Source: Terriglobia bacterium (GTDB lineage: Bacteria > Acidobacteriota > Terriglobia > 20CM-2-55-15). Taken from it: a DNA stretch of 64,000 nt. Each line of letters opens with the position of its first letter. Position 1 is the stretch's first letter. A program made the position numbers and the translations under genes. The stretch lies in NCBI GenBank assembly GCA_965198225.1, contig CBDAOY010000006.1, positions 768,001 through 832,000 of the forward strand, in the 5' to 3' direction. The notes under the pieces are model-generated. The model had not been told where the DNA came from. It saw only the letters and a program-made list of their open reading frames with translations, and ran no database searches. Below are positions 55,001-59,622 of the stretch, piece by piece.

Positions 55001-56184
55001 GTACCGATCACTCGGGCGGCATCATGTTCGATGTACACGGTGAAGACAACTTCAGGTTCGTCGTGTTGTCGGCCGAGGACAATGAATTACAGATAGGGCG
55101 CTATTCAGCACTCCAGGGTTGGACCCTAGATCTGGCTACCGAGTTCACGGTCAACAGCGGTGTAGACTACGAGCTAACCGTGTTCCTGAACGATTCGGAC
55201 GTAAGTGTCGCGGTCAACGGGCAGGAAGTCGTGGTCGCTACGTTGAGCTCGATCGTCATCGACGGTGGTTATGGATTGGTCAGTCGTCTCGGGACCAGCG
55301 AGTTCGATGTCATCGCGGTAGCCAGCGATGAGCTCAGCATCGGCGGGAGCGGGGGCGGCTCAGGGGGTGGGGGTGAGGATCCGCCTTCAGGAGGAGACCA
55401 GCAGGCGCCCGCGGTCACCGTGACCTCCGCGAATGGCGGGGAGAACTGGGAGGCGGGATCCACACAGAATATCACCTGGACGGCCACCGACGACGTCGGG
55501 GTGGCGTCGGTGGACATCTATTATTCCACCAACGGAGCTAGCGGTTCGTTCAGCCCGATCGCGTTGGGTGAGGCCAACGACGGGGTCTTCAGCTGGACAG
55601 TGCCCGGCAATCCGACAACGGACGGGTTCATTCGGGTGGTGGCGCACGATGCGGCTGGCAATTCCGGAGAAGACCTGTCGGATCAGGTATTTACGATCAG
55701 CGGTCCGCCGGCTCAAACGCAAACGGTGAGCCTCGAAGTCACCGACGGTTGGGACGAGAAGAATGGGAAGACCCTGGTGGAGGACGGCAAACTGGGTCTC
55801 GTTCAGACCAGTAATAACAACCGGATTGAAGTGGAATCCGGTTTCTACACATCCTTCCAATTCGAGGGCATTGTGCCGGCCGGTGCCACAATCCTGTCGG
55901 TGGTGGTCTATGCCGAGCATTGGGAAGAGAGCGGTATGTCCCAGTCCGATCCAATCCTTTGGGAACTCGGTACCGGAAACCTGGAGAATCCGAACGTTTT
56001 GTCCTCGATGAATCCGGGCCTGTTCATTAACGAAAACAACGAGGGAACGACGTCGTGGGACGTGACGGCCTCGATGGATACAGCGGCGAAGGTGAACGAC
56101 CTTAAGTTCGTCATTCAGAACAACGACCCGGCCGGCAAGAAGACTTTCATAGACCGTGTCTACGTGGAAGTCACCTATGCCTGA
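37078..56184 (+). CDS. Giant protein fragment 3 (6368 aa: RTX-like GGxGxD repeats, Ig/Calx-like modules, 148-aa repeats, PKD and lectin-like domains)
   Basis: Numerous GGxGxDxI/L nonapeptides, WGDG PKD motifs, terminal Ig-like module (VTSANGGENWEAGSTQNITW). No ribosome-binding site or leader of its own. Confidence 0.85.
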   Translation: MALDVDMSMQFFSVQLRVVGAARIVKTGSTGLVLNLGATLSASAFGVSGIFDFSADLRLQLNTRGGTGSDANDLGVPRQTFRVEVTNATLTLLGFITLNGSGFVQFSQGVFSMQVSLSGNFLNLVTMSGSAFFSSEGEFEVILDGGIFLGVTGFNVSGSAHIEVSLLDSNGKSPLGTGTKVLNIAGSATASATIFFIPIGPFTIGFAYNSGTGDITISVGPVPVPGIEWVTVDLGFFGSARIPYPTITFKSFSFTIGRLKLGAPPPPPVLGFVNSGGRLTLNVGPRAVDRNLQEGEIDEGVIIEGVGPLTGGRQTIRVSMFGVTQVFNNVADIMIEDMAAGNDFVEVASSVAVPIEAHLGGGADIFNSAGSGVVTVHGDVGDDRLQGGSAADHLFGGPGSDEFTGRAGADTISGGNDGDRVNWNVGDGNDSINDTGTGGSDQVIVFGTFNPDQMTISGSGAGFTVAVGAETLVVNGVELAELDGGDGGDTFTINNLTSTLSVNLLLGAGAADTVTFNGSAGPEAFDLSTAVASRPVVVGGVPTVSNVNVFRLSELGAATVDVIDASAGDTVTLGGGGGNDVINVRSLRSGLPTTVNGGGGADTINVGTNALGTTSNPSNNSGGNLNKIAALLTVNGNGGGDTLNVDDGVDGAGNTGVLTATAITQLGMGGSITYGTVQTLTIGLGSGGDGFTIQSTHGGTTNLNTNNGADTVHVNSASGILNVVGGNGTDTFNVNATNSSSVSTLNGSGDADTFNVHAMNGQVTVNAGGGSDTVNVGSLAPGTGGNVNAIAGHLTVNGNGSADTLNVDDTGDGAGNTGQLTNTTITGLGMGGSITYGTVETLNIGLGSGGDVFTIQSTHGGTTNLNGNGGADITNIRTISGTTTVGTGAGADTINVGSNAQGNSSDPDNNAGGTLNGIDALLTITGGGSGGDRDSLTVDDTADAAANTGILTSSRLTGLGMGNPDQSVVAATLGISYSQVEDLVISLGTGADTFTINGTHNGATAGTTETTTLNTGAGTDLVHINDVSDTLVVNGEADVDTINVNGTGTGSVSTLNGDAGADIFNVRDMDGRVNVRGGADSDTVNVTDIAPTLPTGARTTQTGSIDEINALLDVDGGTGPLDVMNVDDSRAAAINDKTGTLTATTLRGLELDVGIDYLGLEELNIWLGFGDNTFDINSTHPGETTLNTAEGEDTVNVNNVSGLVTVNTEQQDDTINVRATGLGSTLRINSHEGSDTINLSDLSPTLPGAYPSTLPPAAADSIGNIDAIDGLVVIDGGTEFDTINVDDSGNATAKAGTLTLNTLRGLALPAGVDYTGAEDFNLWFGTGADVLFIDSTHAGTTQVFGGDGNATTNERDDTVAINTIGGVTTIHGQAGNDFIEVNVDAPVLPQDATFGSLDPITGFFVRTHLNGLGAVLNLHGEGDSDQYTLNLAGDGTALVNVHDDGAPNNGADILIVNGADVVAGVTNQPNDTFLLRRDFLALLNESVPGGGFDRVERVNYDQNINARLIVNGLGGDDKIVADDNSSITTLDGGDGNDTFQIGQVFGTPRDAAAGLAPGDTFNTTPVIIGVINDPVTGAVIFDPTSFDPVLDVLPAATIAAINAAIAHQAALGLALDGIAYVSDGVNNATTAFGGDGADVFNVYHNKGTLRLEGEAGNDEFIVRAFVTVDLSPQAETEILAGGGDDTINYAINAPVSLDGGAGFDTVVVLGTPFNDNFVVTRDGIFGAGLNVTFANIESAELDALEGDDTIYILGTSSDFVTRVIGGLGSDTIEVMGDVLRTIVSDDLLGRSGVITHGATSLDDDFNNVGVSGVGVNVLSLGGDSLVSIQPTGEPLRVTEAGTLASYFISLVGPNAGALAANPVYLTVSAGVASSEDRGNGGASILVSVNGGAFTNAVVLTFDGTTASTVFEIEVMAVDDLAAEGRRIALISHSINSDDAAFDDLPLIGIFVDVVDNDKAGLDIRHLQDLAGGVVPDNRTEVLEGGATFGFDDVYSVALTAAPAVGEIVTVALNTDGQVTALSSVTGNSFLVFDHTNWNTPQLVVVTAVEDGLDGIEISTVAHQITGGAVYGGTPSETLKVTVYDDETPGVIVQETDGSTIVVDGGANDSYRVRLTRMPDDVVTLTLRTDTQTLLSTIGGFATTDETGALGFFEYTYQFTAANWYQWVDIEVTANSAFTGTGEKTKAFPPQDQNLDQIGGPLTIEGGVGTGGLRALVEPVLLPNETNAVSQQNPSSTSESGDIDTLNVFHTDNSDGDTGNLFYRTVDAGGRTIANPGLALTGFEMGDDLTVDQGTPGNPQNLYYGGGITLNGFEVVEILLGKGDETLTVADTGDRDEKDPAVTDDPATITAIHGGGGSDIITITGRGNGPLVVYGDTSEDRIRYGNDAPEASVHGTSFANDGDDTIDARLMAEQNDGFVGLVAYGGFGNDTIWGSQDDDHLAGGTSSAAGHDFIDGQAGDDHIYGDSHFNVGLQLFAEDQVQAFDNADPRVADMFRVLVATSGDDNDFGSPDFRESAGADELWGGDGADIIFGDHGVISLAQGTRRLTTTASVERIETAQPTFGGDDTLYGHSNDPAGPVDDAAGDRIFGGQAADYIDAGQGNNVVLGDHGFVDLGEADSHIDRIESTQTTFAGGVDTILTGSGNDIVIGGRFGDTITVADGTNVVLGDAGFLQYQNGGPLLGEVSSIYLDGAGAFIQGGDDTISVGVGANTGDDIVIAGLGDDNVTIGNGNNVVFGDDGSVTFQTGSTLRDRIESRYLDGAGLSALDGAGAVVGNDTIITGVGNDVVIGGLGVDGITVADGNNIVAGDEGFVQYQDQGQTGGTSVLGEVSSSYLDGAGTFVQGGIDTITVGASAGSTGAGSDTVIAGLGDDDVTIGDGDNVVFGDEGGITYQTGSGLRDLITSRYLDAAGFAALDAVEAVVGNDTISTGIGNDVIIGGLGDDGITVADGNNIVAGDEGFVQYQDQGQTGGASVLGEVSSQYLDAAGTFVQGGIDTITVGASAGSTGAGSDTVIAGLGDDNVTIGDGDNIVFGDDGGITYQTGSGLRDLITSRYLDAAGFAALDALEAAVGNDTINTGVGNDVIIAGLGVDGITVADGNNIVVGDEGFIQYQDQGQTGGTSVLGEVSSSYLDLAGTFVQGGIDTITVGASVGSTGAGSDTVIAGLGDDNVTIGDGDNVVFGDEGGITYQTGSGLRDLITSRYLDAAGFAALDAVEAVVGNDTISTGIGNDVIIGGLGVDGITVADGNNIVVGDEGFIQYQDQGDTGGTSVLGEVSSSYLDGAGTFVQGGIDTITVGASAGSTGAGSDTVIAGLGDDDVTIGDGDNIVFGDEGGVTYQTGSGLRDLITSRYLDAAGFAALDALEAAVGNDTISTGVGNDVIIGGLGVDGITVADGNNIVVGDEGFIQYQDQGQTGGASVLGEVSSLFLDAAGTFVQGGIDTITVGASAGSTGAGSDTVIAGLGDDNVTIGDGDNIVLGDDGTITYQTSSGLRDRIESRYLDLAGFAALDAPEAVVGNDTITTGVGDDLIIAGLGDDGITVEDGNNIVLGDEGFVQYQDQGQTGGASVLGEVSSLFLDGAGTFVQGGIDTISVGVGANTGDDVVIAGLGDDNVTIGDGDNVVFGDEGRITYQTGSGLRSRIESQYLDAAGLSPLDAPEAAVGDDTIITGVGNDVIIGGLGVDGITVADGNNIVVGDEGFVQYQDQGQTGGTSVLGEVSSSYLDGAGTFVQGGIDTITVGASVGSIGAGSDTVIAGLGDDNVTIGDGDNVVFGDEGGITYQTGSGLRDLITSRYLDAAGFAALDAVEAVVGNDTISTGIGNDVIIAGLGVDGITVADGNNIVVGDEGFIQYQDQSQTGGTSVLGEVSSLFLDAAGTFVQGGIDTITVGASAGSAGAGSDTVIAGLGDDDVTIGDGDNVVFGDEGGITYQTGSGLRDLITSRYLDAAGFAALDALEAAVGNDTIRTGVGNDVIIAGLGVDGITVADGNNIVVGDEGFIQYQDQGQTGGASVLGEVSSLFLDAAGTFVQGGIDTITVGASAGSTGAGSDTVIAGLGDDDVTIGDGDNIVFGDEGGITYQTGSGLRDLITSRYLDAAGFAALDAPEAVVGNDTITTGVGDDLIIAGLGDDGITVADGNNIVLGDEGFVQYQDQGQTGGASVLGEVSSLFLDGAGTFVQGGIDTISVGVGANTGDDVVIAGLGDDVITIGNGNNIALGDEGRILYQTGSGLRGWIESKYLDNVAGIPARSPHDAPEAEVGDDMITTGVGDDVVIGGLGDDMINVSDGENIVLGDEGEVHYQDQSTNLGEITTRFTDGTGSFVQGGDDTITSGDGRDYILSGSGSDMVTSGEGDDVVLGDGLILFHPGTNVPATVATLWQDDNLVLLPPSDSDIFAGGGDDIVLAGSGNDWVEGGTEDDILIGDEGVVTFDPGRALAGEAVADFIQTVFFTPDGQLIPGGTDVLLGQDGDDTVIGGSFDDLLDGGPDRDLVVGDNVTLDRTGTRLGINTNPRFRTLTGAEIYDPQFDGLADLLIDRANEYGDPNWGGVAPLWGDFVITVHDSRSTWDGGTVLVQDGVNRTYGNEFVAGGPHDDTIFGLRGEDTIQGDGSLFFDTRESVTIDPASLNHDPLALQALLEGGTPLDTPQSFEALDDGDDYIEGGQDDDLIFGNLGQDDIVGGSSDLFGLDTQDQRPDSSDLIFGGAATNIARNDLGDAILVGGQVVNDVNAHSRDADTILGDNGNIYRLLEGTGTAFLTFSYDQTPDEDGSDRGDLRVVVRGTEWITDSVDGRQDYTPGGAEFDAANAQHNIGAADEIHGEAGDDAIHGMVGDDVLFGEGQDDDLIGGYGHDWISGGTGQDGVLGDDGRIYTNRNDGLSEDLYGIDGLGDLDLNLIIFTPDGTHEAEIHREGELRKTAILRPFNVQDKSTFNQDRWYDAINANDIIYGGWGDDFLHGGSGNDGISGAEALPQFYHAPTNSGDALQYGAGEFAAFDESDALSKIQGFFLNFDASETLDGDDRIFGDLGHDWLVGGAGEDNLYGGYGHDLLNVDDDLATNGGANDVADSDLNVDRAYGGASADVLIGNSDSDRLIDWVSTGFDRYFTPDSLIPETITDEGYWRLYFFLYDLSESDGADPARHEIAGAIAKHNGEPEGETGLVRYPTVSSTATMENPALPGDTVHIDGFFADVALSDIAAPLIGTVDWGDGNIENVVLVGRAFYAAHQYDAGGIYEVVVTIVNDDTGAPTAHTTAVVTGASVHDGVLHVVGTNRDDQIQLSADGPQQIKLQADFLSEDKIFSTAGVSRIVVASLAGNDSIQVSNDEDISSWVDGGDGHDQIQVDQGDNVIFGGKGQDQLQAANGDDILVGGLGSDDVDGNDGNDILIGGATMFGVNGPDFMNLDSQEQVVPVSGTTLFGLDREIWETIQAEWLQGIVTLLNEHRVIDDSVHDSLDGQSGSDLIFANSEDSHDAGAGDELITASEWTVESGHYSATPILGVHTVHVLPQDVVPRDSLSINAAINTTHTGGIIFDVHSEDDFKFAVLSVANDEVWVGHYSVHQGWRVGAIASFEGDIDRFYQLSVKTENETLPFKTENATVRVFVDGQETVSYTFSGQVIDGDFGLISRQGTSVFELLTFLSDATDHIRIVTSATMEDKVLPGETVHVDGVFLVDGLVGGFIDWGDGVIEELLISGTTFHAEHAYSHGAVFDVQATLINEDGETITASAVAVVTGSGVNRGVLHVVGTNQADSIQISSDGPNRVKLQADFISGDRIYSIEGIGQISIVTTDGNDQVQVNIDQAIPFMVDAGDGDDQINVDQGDGLVFGGAGDDQITTKDGRDLLIGGLGSDNLTSGKGEDIVIGGTTMYGTDRAIWEAIRAEWVRDDLNYSERVEHIRNGGGLNGAYVLNELRVINDSSDDSMDAKEEKDLFFNNNGDSDDRNSNETRIRDSEWKIDGNRYEGTPILGDQTANVLREIVPAQTWQRISATISTDHSGGIMFDVHGEDNFRFVVLSAEDNELQIGRYSALQGWTLDLATEFTVNSGVDYELTVFLNDSDVSVAVNGQEVVVATLSSIVIDGGYGLVSRLGTSEFDVIAVASDELSIGGSGGGSGGGGEDPPSGGDQQAPAVTVTSANGGENWEAGSTQNITWTATDDVGVASVDIYYSTNGASGSFSPIALGEANDGVFSWTVPGNPTTDGFIRVVAHDAAGNSGEDLSDQVFTISGPPAQTQTVSLEVTDGWDEKNGKTLVEDGKLGLVQTSNNNRIEVESGFYTSFQFEGIVPAGATILSVVVYAEHWEESGMSQSDPILWELGTGNLENPNVLSSMNPGLFINENNEGTTSWDVTASMDTAAKVNDLKFVIQNNDPAGKKTFIDRVYVEVTYA
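45050..50050 (+). repeat. Intragenic tandem repeat C: ~11 units of 444 bp (148 aa), Ca-binding type
   Basis: QYQDQ anchors at 45514, 45958, 46402, 46846, 47290, 47734, 48169, 48613, 49057, 49501, plus degenerate flanking units. Confidence 0.92.
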
Positions 56185-56367
56185 GCGGTGTCCGAACTGC
56201 TGACAGCGCGTTGGGTTTGAAACCCCACGCCGGCTCCCCATTTTGGCAGGAAAGTTTTGTGCAGGCCTCCTGAAGCAAAAAATACTGCTGGCCCGACACT
56301 TATTCTCACCCGATAATCCACACTTCCACAGAGTGCATGCGTGCCCAAAGTTTTTCCGGGATAAAGG

Positions 56368-56487
56368 AAAATATTCGTCCGTCTCGCAGATAATGCCGTT
56401 CTTTCCGGCGAGTTTCTTCGCGGTGTGGCTTTTGCCGGTCGCAGGCAGACCGCGCATCAGATAGACGAACTTTTCCGGTGGCTTCAT
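56368..56487 (-). pseudogene. Truncated P-loop kinase gene fragment (AAA_33/N4BP2-like)
   Basis: MKPPEKFVYLMRGLPATGKSHTAKKLAGKNGIICETDEYF has a Walker A motif and the following DxYF motif; downstream translation is not protein-like and runs antisense into the giant gene. Confidence 0.6.
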
Positions 56488-56722
56488 CTCTTGACGTTGA
56501 CTCACAGCCGCCGCCGCAAGCCTGCTTCAGTAAAGCCCCTGCTTCACTCGTCACTCCGGGTTCACCGATTCTGACGGAGAAAACCAATCCCGACAAGGAG
56601 CCAACGAGCAAGAAAGCAGCAGCTCGACGCGTGAATACTCCGAGCTCACGGTCGGTTCCGATCCGATGTGCTATGTTAGCAACCTGGAATCTAGCAGTCT
56701 TAAGGGCGCTCTCCAGAGTGGC

Positions 56723-57727
56723 ATGAAAACAAAGAACAAATATCGGTTGGTCTGGCGGGAAGCCAAGATGATTGCGGGCGGTCTGTTCTCGACCGGCCAC
56801 CCCCTGCTGGCCCACATCATTCCGATGCGTCGCTGCAACCTGGCGTGCGCCTACTGCAACGAGTACGACGACTTCTCACCTCCGGTCCCCACCGAGGAAA
56901 TGCTCCGGCGGCTGGACAAGCTCGCGGAACTGGGAACCTCGGTCATCACGATCAGCGGGGGCGAACCGCTCATGCACCCCGAGATCGAGCAGATCATCCA
57001 GCGTATCCGGCGCCACGACATGATCGCGGGCATCATCACGAACGGCTACCTGCTGGTACCGGACAAGATTCGGTCGCTCAACGACGCGGGCCTGGAGTAC
57101 CTTCAAATCAGCATCGACAACGTCGAACCCGACGAGGTGTCGATGAAGAGCCTCAAGGTGCTCGAACGCAAGCTGCAGTACCTGGCGGAGTACGCGGAGT
57201 TCGACGTCAACATCAATTCCGTCATCGGCGGAGGCATCAAGAAACCCGAAGACGCTCTTCACATCACCGAACTCGCGCAGTACCTCGGCTTCTCCACTTC
57301 ACTCGGGATTATCCACGACGGCGAAGGACAGGTGAAGCCGCTCAACAAGAGGGAAGAGCGCGTTTACCGCAAGATTCGAAGCTACGGCACGAGCAGCTAC
57401 GCCCGGCTCGACTGGTTCCAGGAGAACCTTGCCAAGGGAAAGCCGAACGACTGGCATTGCCGCGCGGGAGCGCGCTACCTCTACATCTGCGAGGACGGTC
57501 TCGTTCACTACTGCTCCCAGCAGCGCGGTTATCCCGGCATTCCACTGGCCGACTACACCAGCGAGGACGTGAAGCGGGAGTTCAACACCCGGAAGTCCTG
57601 CGCCCCGGGGTGCACTGTGAGCTGCGTGCAGCGCGTTTCGGTGATCGATCACTGGAGAGCGCCGCAGGACGCCGAAGCTGCCCTGCCGACCGAGATGGAA
57701 AAGGAAGTTCTTCAGCCGGTCGACTGA
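56723..57727 (+). CDS. Radical SAM protein with C-terminal Cys-rich (twitch/SPASM-like) extension
   Basis: [22 protein letters not shown]; CRAG...YCSQ...CAPGCTVSC. Confidence 0.9.
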   Translation: MKTKNKYRLVWREAKMIAGGLFSTGHPLLAHIIPMRRCNLACAYCNEYDDFSPPVPTEEMLRRLDKLAELGTSVITISGGEPLMHPEIEQIIQRIRRHDMIAGIITNGYLLVPDKIRSLNDAGLEYLQISIDNVEPDEVSMKSLKVLERKLQYLAEYAEFDVNINSVIGGGIKKPEDALHITELAQYLGFSTSLGIIHDGEGQVKPLNKREERVYRKIRSYGTSSYARLDWFQENLAKGKPNDWHCRAGARYLYICEDGLVHYCSQQRGYPGIPLADYTSEDVKREFNTRKSCAPGCTVSCVQRVSVIDHWRAPQDAEAALPTEMEKEVLQPVD

Positions 57728-57763
57728 TCCCTCCAGAGAGTTCAGACTGACGACATTACGACG

Positions 57764-57952
57764 ATGAACGGAGTCGAGACAGCTCGTGTTCAGTGTCCTT
57801 CATGCGGCGAGACGATCGAGCTGCTGATCGACTGCTCCGTCGAGCGGCAAGCCTACATCGAAGACTGCGAAGTCTGCTGTCGACCCATCAATATTGTTGT
57901 TCTTTCGGGCGACGATGGGTTGCCCGTGGTTCAGGTATCCCGGCCGAATTGA
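57764..57952 (+). CDS. CPXCG-motif cysteine-rich small protein
   Basis: CPSCGE.IELLID.S...Q.YIEDCEVCCRPI. Confidence 0.88.
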   Translation: MNGVETARVQCPSCGETIELLIDCSVERQAYIEDCEVCCRPINIVVLSGDDGLPVVQVSRPN

Positions 57953-57960
57953 GAGCGGTG

Positions 57961-58034
57961 GTGTAGGTGCGCTCTATGAGCGCACAAAGCCCTTGGAACA
58001 ACAATTGTGCGGTCATAATAGACCGCACCTACAC
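57961..58034. repeat. Inverted REP doublet between convergent genes
   Basis: GTGTAGGTGCGCTCTATGAGCGCAC-N21-GTGCGGTCATAATAGACCGCACCTACAC (3-nt loop expansion). Confidence 0.85.
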
Positions 58035-58039
58035 CTTTA

Positions 58040-59527
58040 TTACTGTCCCCGCCTCCGGCCACGCCTTCCGCGCCGGCCACGTCCACCACCCCGGCGAGCA
58101 CGCCGTGGGACGGCGTCCTCCTCCTTCCAGGCGCTAAGCTGGGCCGCCAGCTCCTCGACCTTTTCCCCGTGCTCCGGATCCATAGCCAGGTTGGTGATCT
58201 CGCGCGGGTCCTCCCGGAGGTCGTAAAGCTCGTGCTGCTGTCCGTCGCCGTTGTGGATGAACTTCCAACGCCCATCGAACTGCATCGCGATCCCGCGCCC
58301 CTGTTCACTGTGAACCAGGTTCCGACTCGATTCCATCTCGCCCCGCAGCACGGGGGCGAGGGAGCGGCCCTGAACCGAGTCGGGGGTCTCGAGGCCGAGC
58401 AGGTCCATGAACGTCGGAAACAGGTCGACGTGTTCGGCCAGCGCGTCGCTGTTCCCGGCTTCCAACCGGCCCGGCCAGCTCAGAACCAGCGGTACGTGGA
58501 CCGACTGTTCGAAGAAGTTCGACTTGGACCACAGCCGGTGGTCGTACAGCATTTCTCCATGGTCGGACGTGAAGACAACCAGTGTGTCTTCCCTCAAACC
58601 CAGATGATCCAGAACCGCGAGCACCTGACCGAACAACTCGTCGCAATAGGCAAGGCAACCGTAATAGCCCTGCATGGCGTCGAGAACGACCTCATCGTCG
58701 AGTTTCCTCGCACGGCTCGCACCGTTGGGCCGTTGCCACAGGCTGGGGTGGACGTCGTCCAGGTCGTCATCGGGGTAGCGGGGGATCACCAGGCTCGAAC
58801 GGTCGACTCTGTCCCACTGACGCTGCGGAGGCAGGAACGGGGGGTGCGGTTTGCGGAACGAACACTGGATCAGCCACGGCTCATCGCGATTCTCTTCCAT
58901 GAATGCAATCGTGTGCCGCATGTCATGGAGCTCGGGATGCAATTCTTCGTCGAAGTCAGCCGGACCTCCGATCGGGATCGCCCCGGCGGGAGCCTCTGAA
59001 TCGGGAGTGTTCCCGGCGGCCCCGCGGCCCCGCCGTCCACGCCTCGAACCCCGCGCTCCGCCGCGAGACGGCCGGGAATCGTCGACGACATCCCAGTCCA
59101 GGTCGTTGCGGTCCTGGACGTGGAGCTTCCCGAAACACGCCGTCTTGAAGCCCGCTTTGCGCAGAACCTGGGTGAAGGAGACCTGTTCCCGGTACGGGAG
59201 GTCCTGATTGGTCAGGACTCCGGTGGAGCGACAATATCGGCCGAGCAGAAGCGAGGTGCGCGCGGGGACGCACAGTGGATTCTGGCAGTAGCTCCTCGAG
59301 AACACTACACCTGAGCTTGCCAGCTTGTCGAGGACGGGTGTGACGGCGAAGCGATTCCTGGCGTAGCCAACGCCGTCGAAGCGAAGCTGATCGCACATCA
59401 ACAGCAGGATGTTCGGTGGGCGCGTCTGCGCCTGGCCATGCGCAAAGGGACCAGCGAGTTTAGCGAGCATCCCACCGAGCGATGTGCTTCCGACGGATTT
59501 CAAAAACCGACGTCGTGATGTAGGCAT
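58040..59527 (-). CDS. Tat-exported Cys-type sulfatase (choline-sulfatase-like)
   Basis: SRRRFLK twin-arginine signal; PNILLLMCDQ, CVPARTSLLLGRY (CxPxR), GKLH, KPHPP, FTSDHG, ELYDL..DP.E..NL. Confidence 0.92.
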   Translation of the reverse strand: MPTSRRRFLKSVGSTSLGGMLAKLAGPFAHGQAQTRPPNILLLMCDQLRFDGVGYARNRFAVTPVLDKLASSGVVFSRSYCQNPLCVPARTSLLLGRYCRSTGVLTNQDLPYREQVSFTQVLRKAGFKTACFGKLHVQDRNDLDWDVVDDSRPSRGGARGSRRGRRGRGAAGNTPDSEAPAGAIPIGGPADFDEELHPELHDMRHTIAFMEENRDEPWLIQCSFRKPHPPFLPPQRQWDRVDRSSLVIPRYPDDDLDDVHPSLWQRPNGASRARKLDDEVVLDAMQGYYGCLAYCDELFGQVLAVLDHLGLREDTLVVFTSDHGEMLYDHRLWSKSNFFEQSVHVPLVLSWPGRLEAGNSDALAEHVDLFPTFMDLLGLETPDSVQGRSLAPVLRGEMESSRNLVHSEQGRGIAMQFDGRWKFIHNGDGQQHELYDLREDPREITNLAMDPEHGEKVEELAAQLSAWKEEDAVPRRARRGGGRGRRGRRGRRRGQ

Positions 59528-59622
59528 GTTTCCTTTCTCGGGACTTGTAAATCTAACTACGGGCGAGAGTTGGCGTCAATGAAACACTCAACTCTGTTAT
59601 CTTTCTGTTGCGGAAGACTGTC

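Larger units (their letters stand above)
27282..56184 (+). pseudogene. Giant LEPR-XLL-leader repetitive Ca-binding surface protein/adhesin gene (~9,605 aa reconstructed), interrupted twice
   Basis: Leader YELENLEPRILLSGD. Restoring 16 bp at 31487/31488 and removing 101 bp at 36924-37024 gives one 28,818-bp frame joining ORFs 27282..31526, 31568..37024 and 37078..56184. Confidence 0.85.

Noticed and set aside
37078-56184. RTX or MARTX toxin
   Set aside because: The GGxGxD repeats indicate Ca-binding only; no pore-forming, cysteine-protease or effector domain and no acyltransferase or ABC genes were recognised.
55387-56505. 372-aa minus-strand protein
   Set aside because: Only the first ~46 residues look like a real protein; the rest is intergenic DNA and antisense of the giant gene.
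56723-59527. Radical SAM as anaerobic sulfatase maturase for the neighbouring sulfatase, or RiPP maturase for the CPXCG peptide
   Set aside because: The genes are convergent and REP-separated, the Cys pattern is shorter than the full anSME SPASM motif, and the CPXCG protein is a common zinc-ribbon family rather than a precursor peptide.
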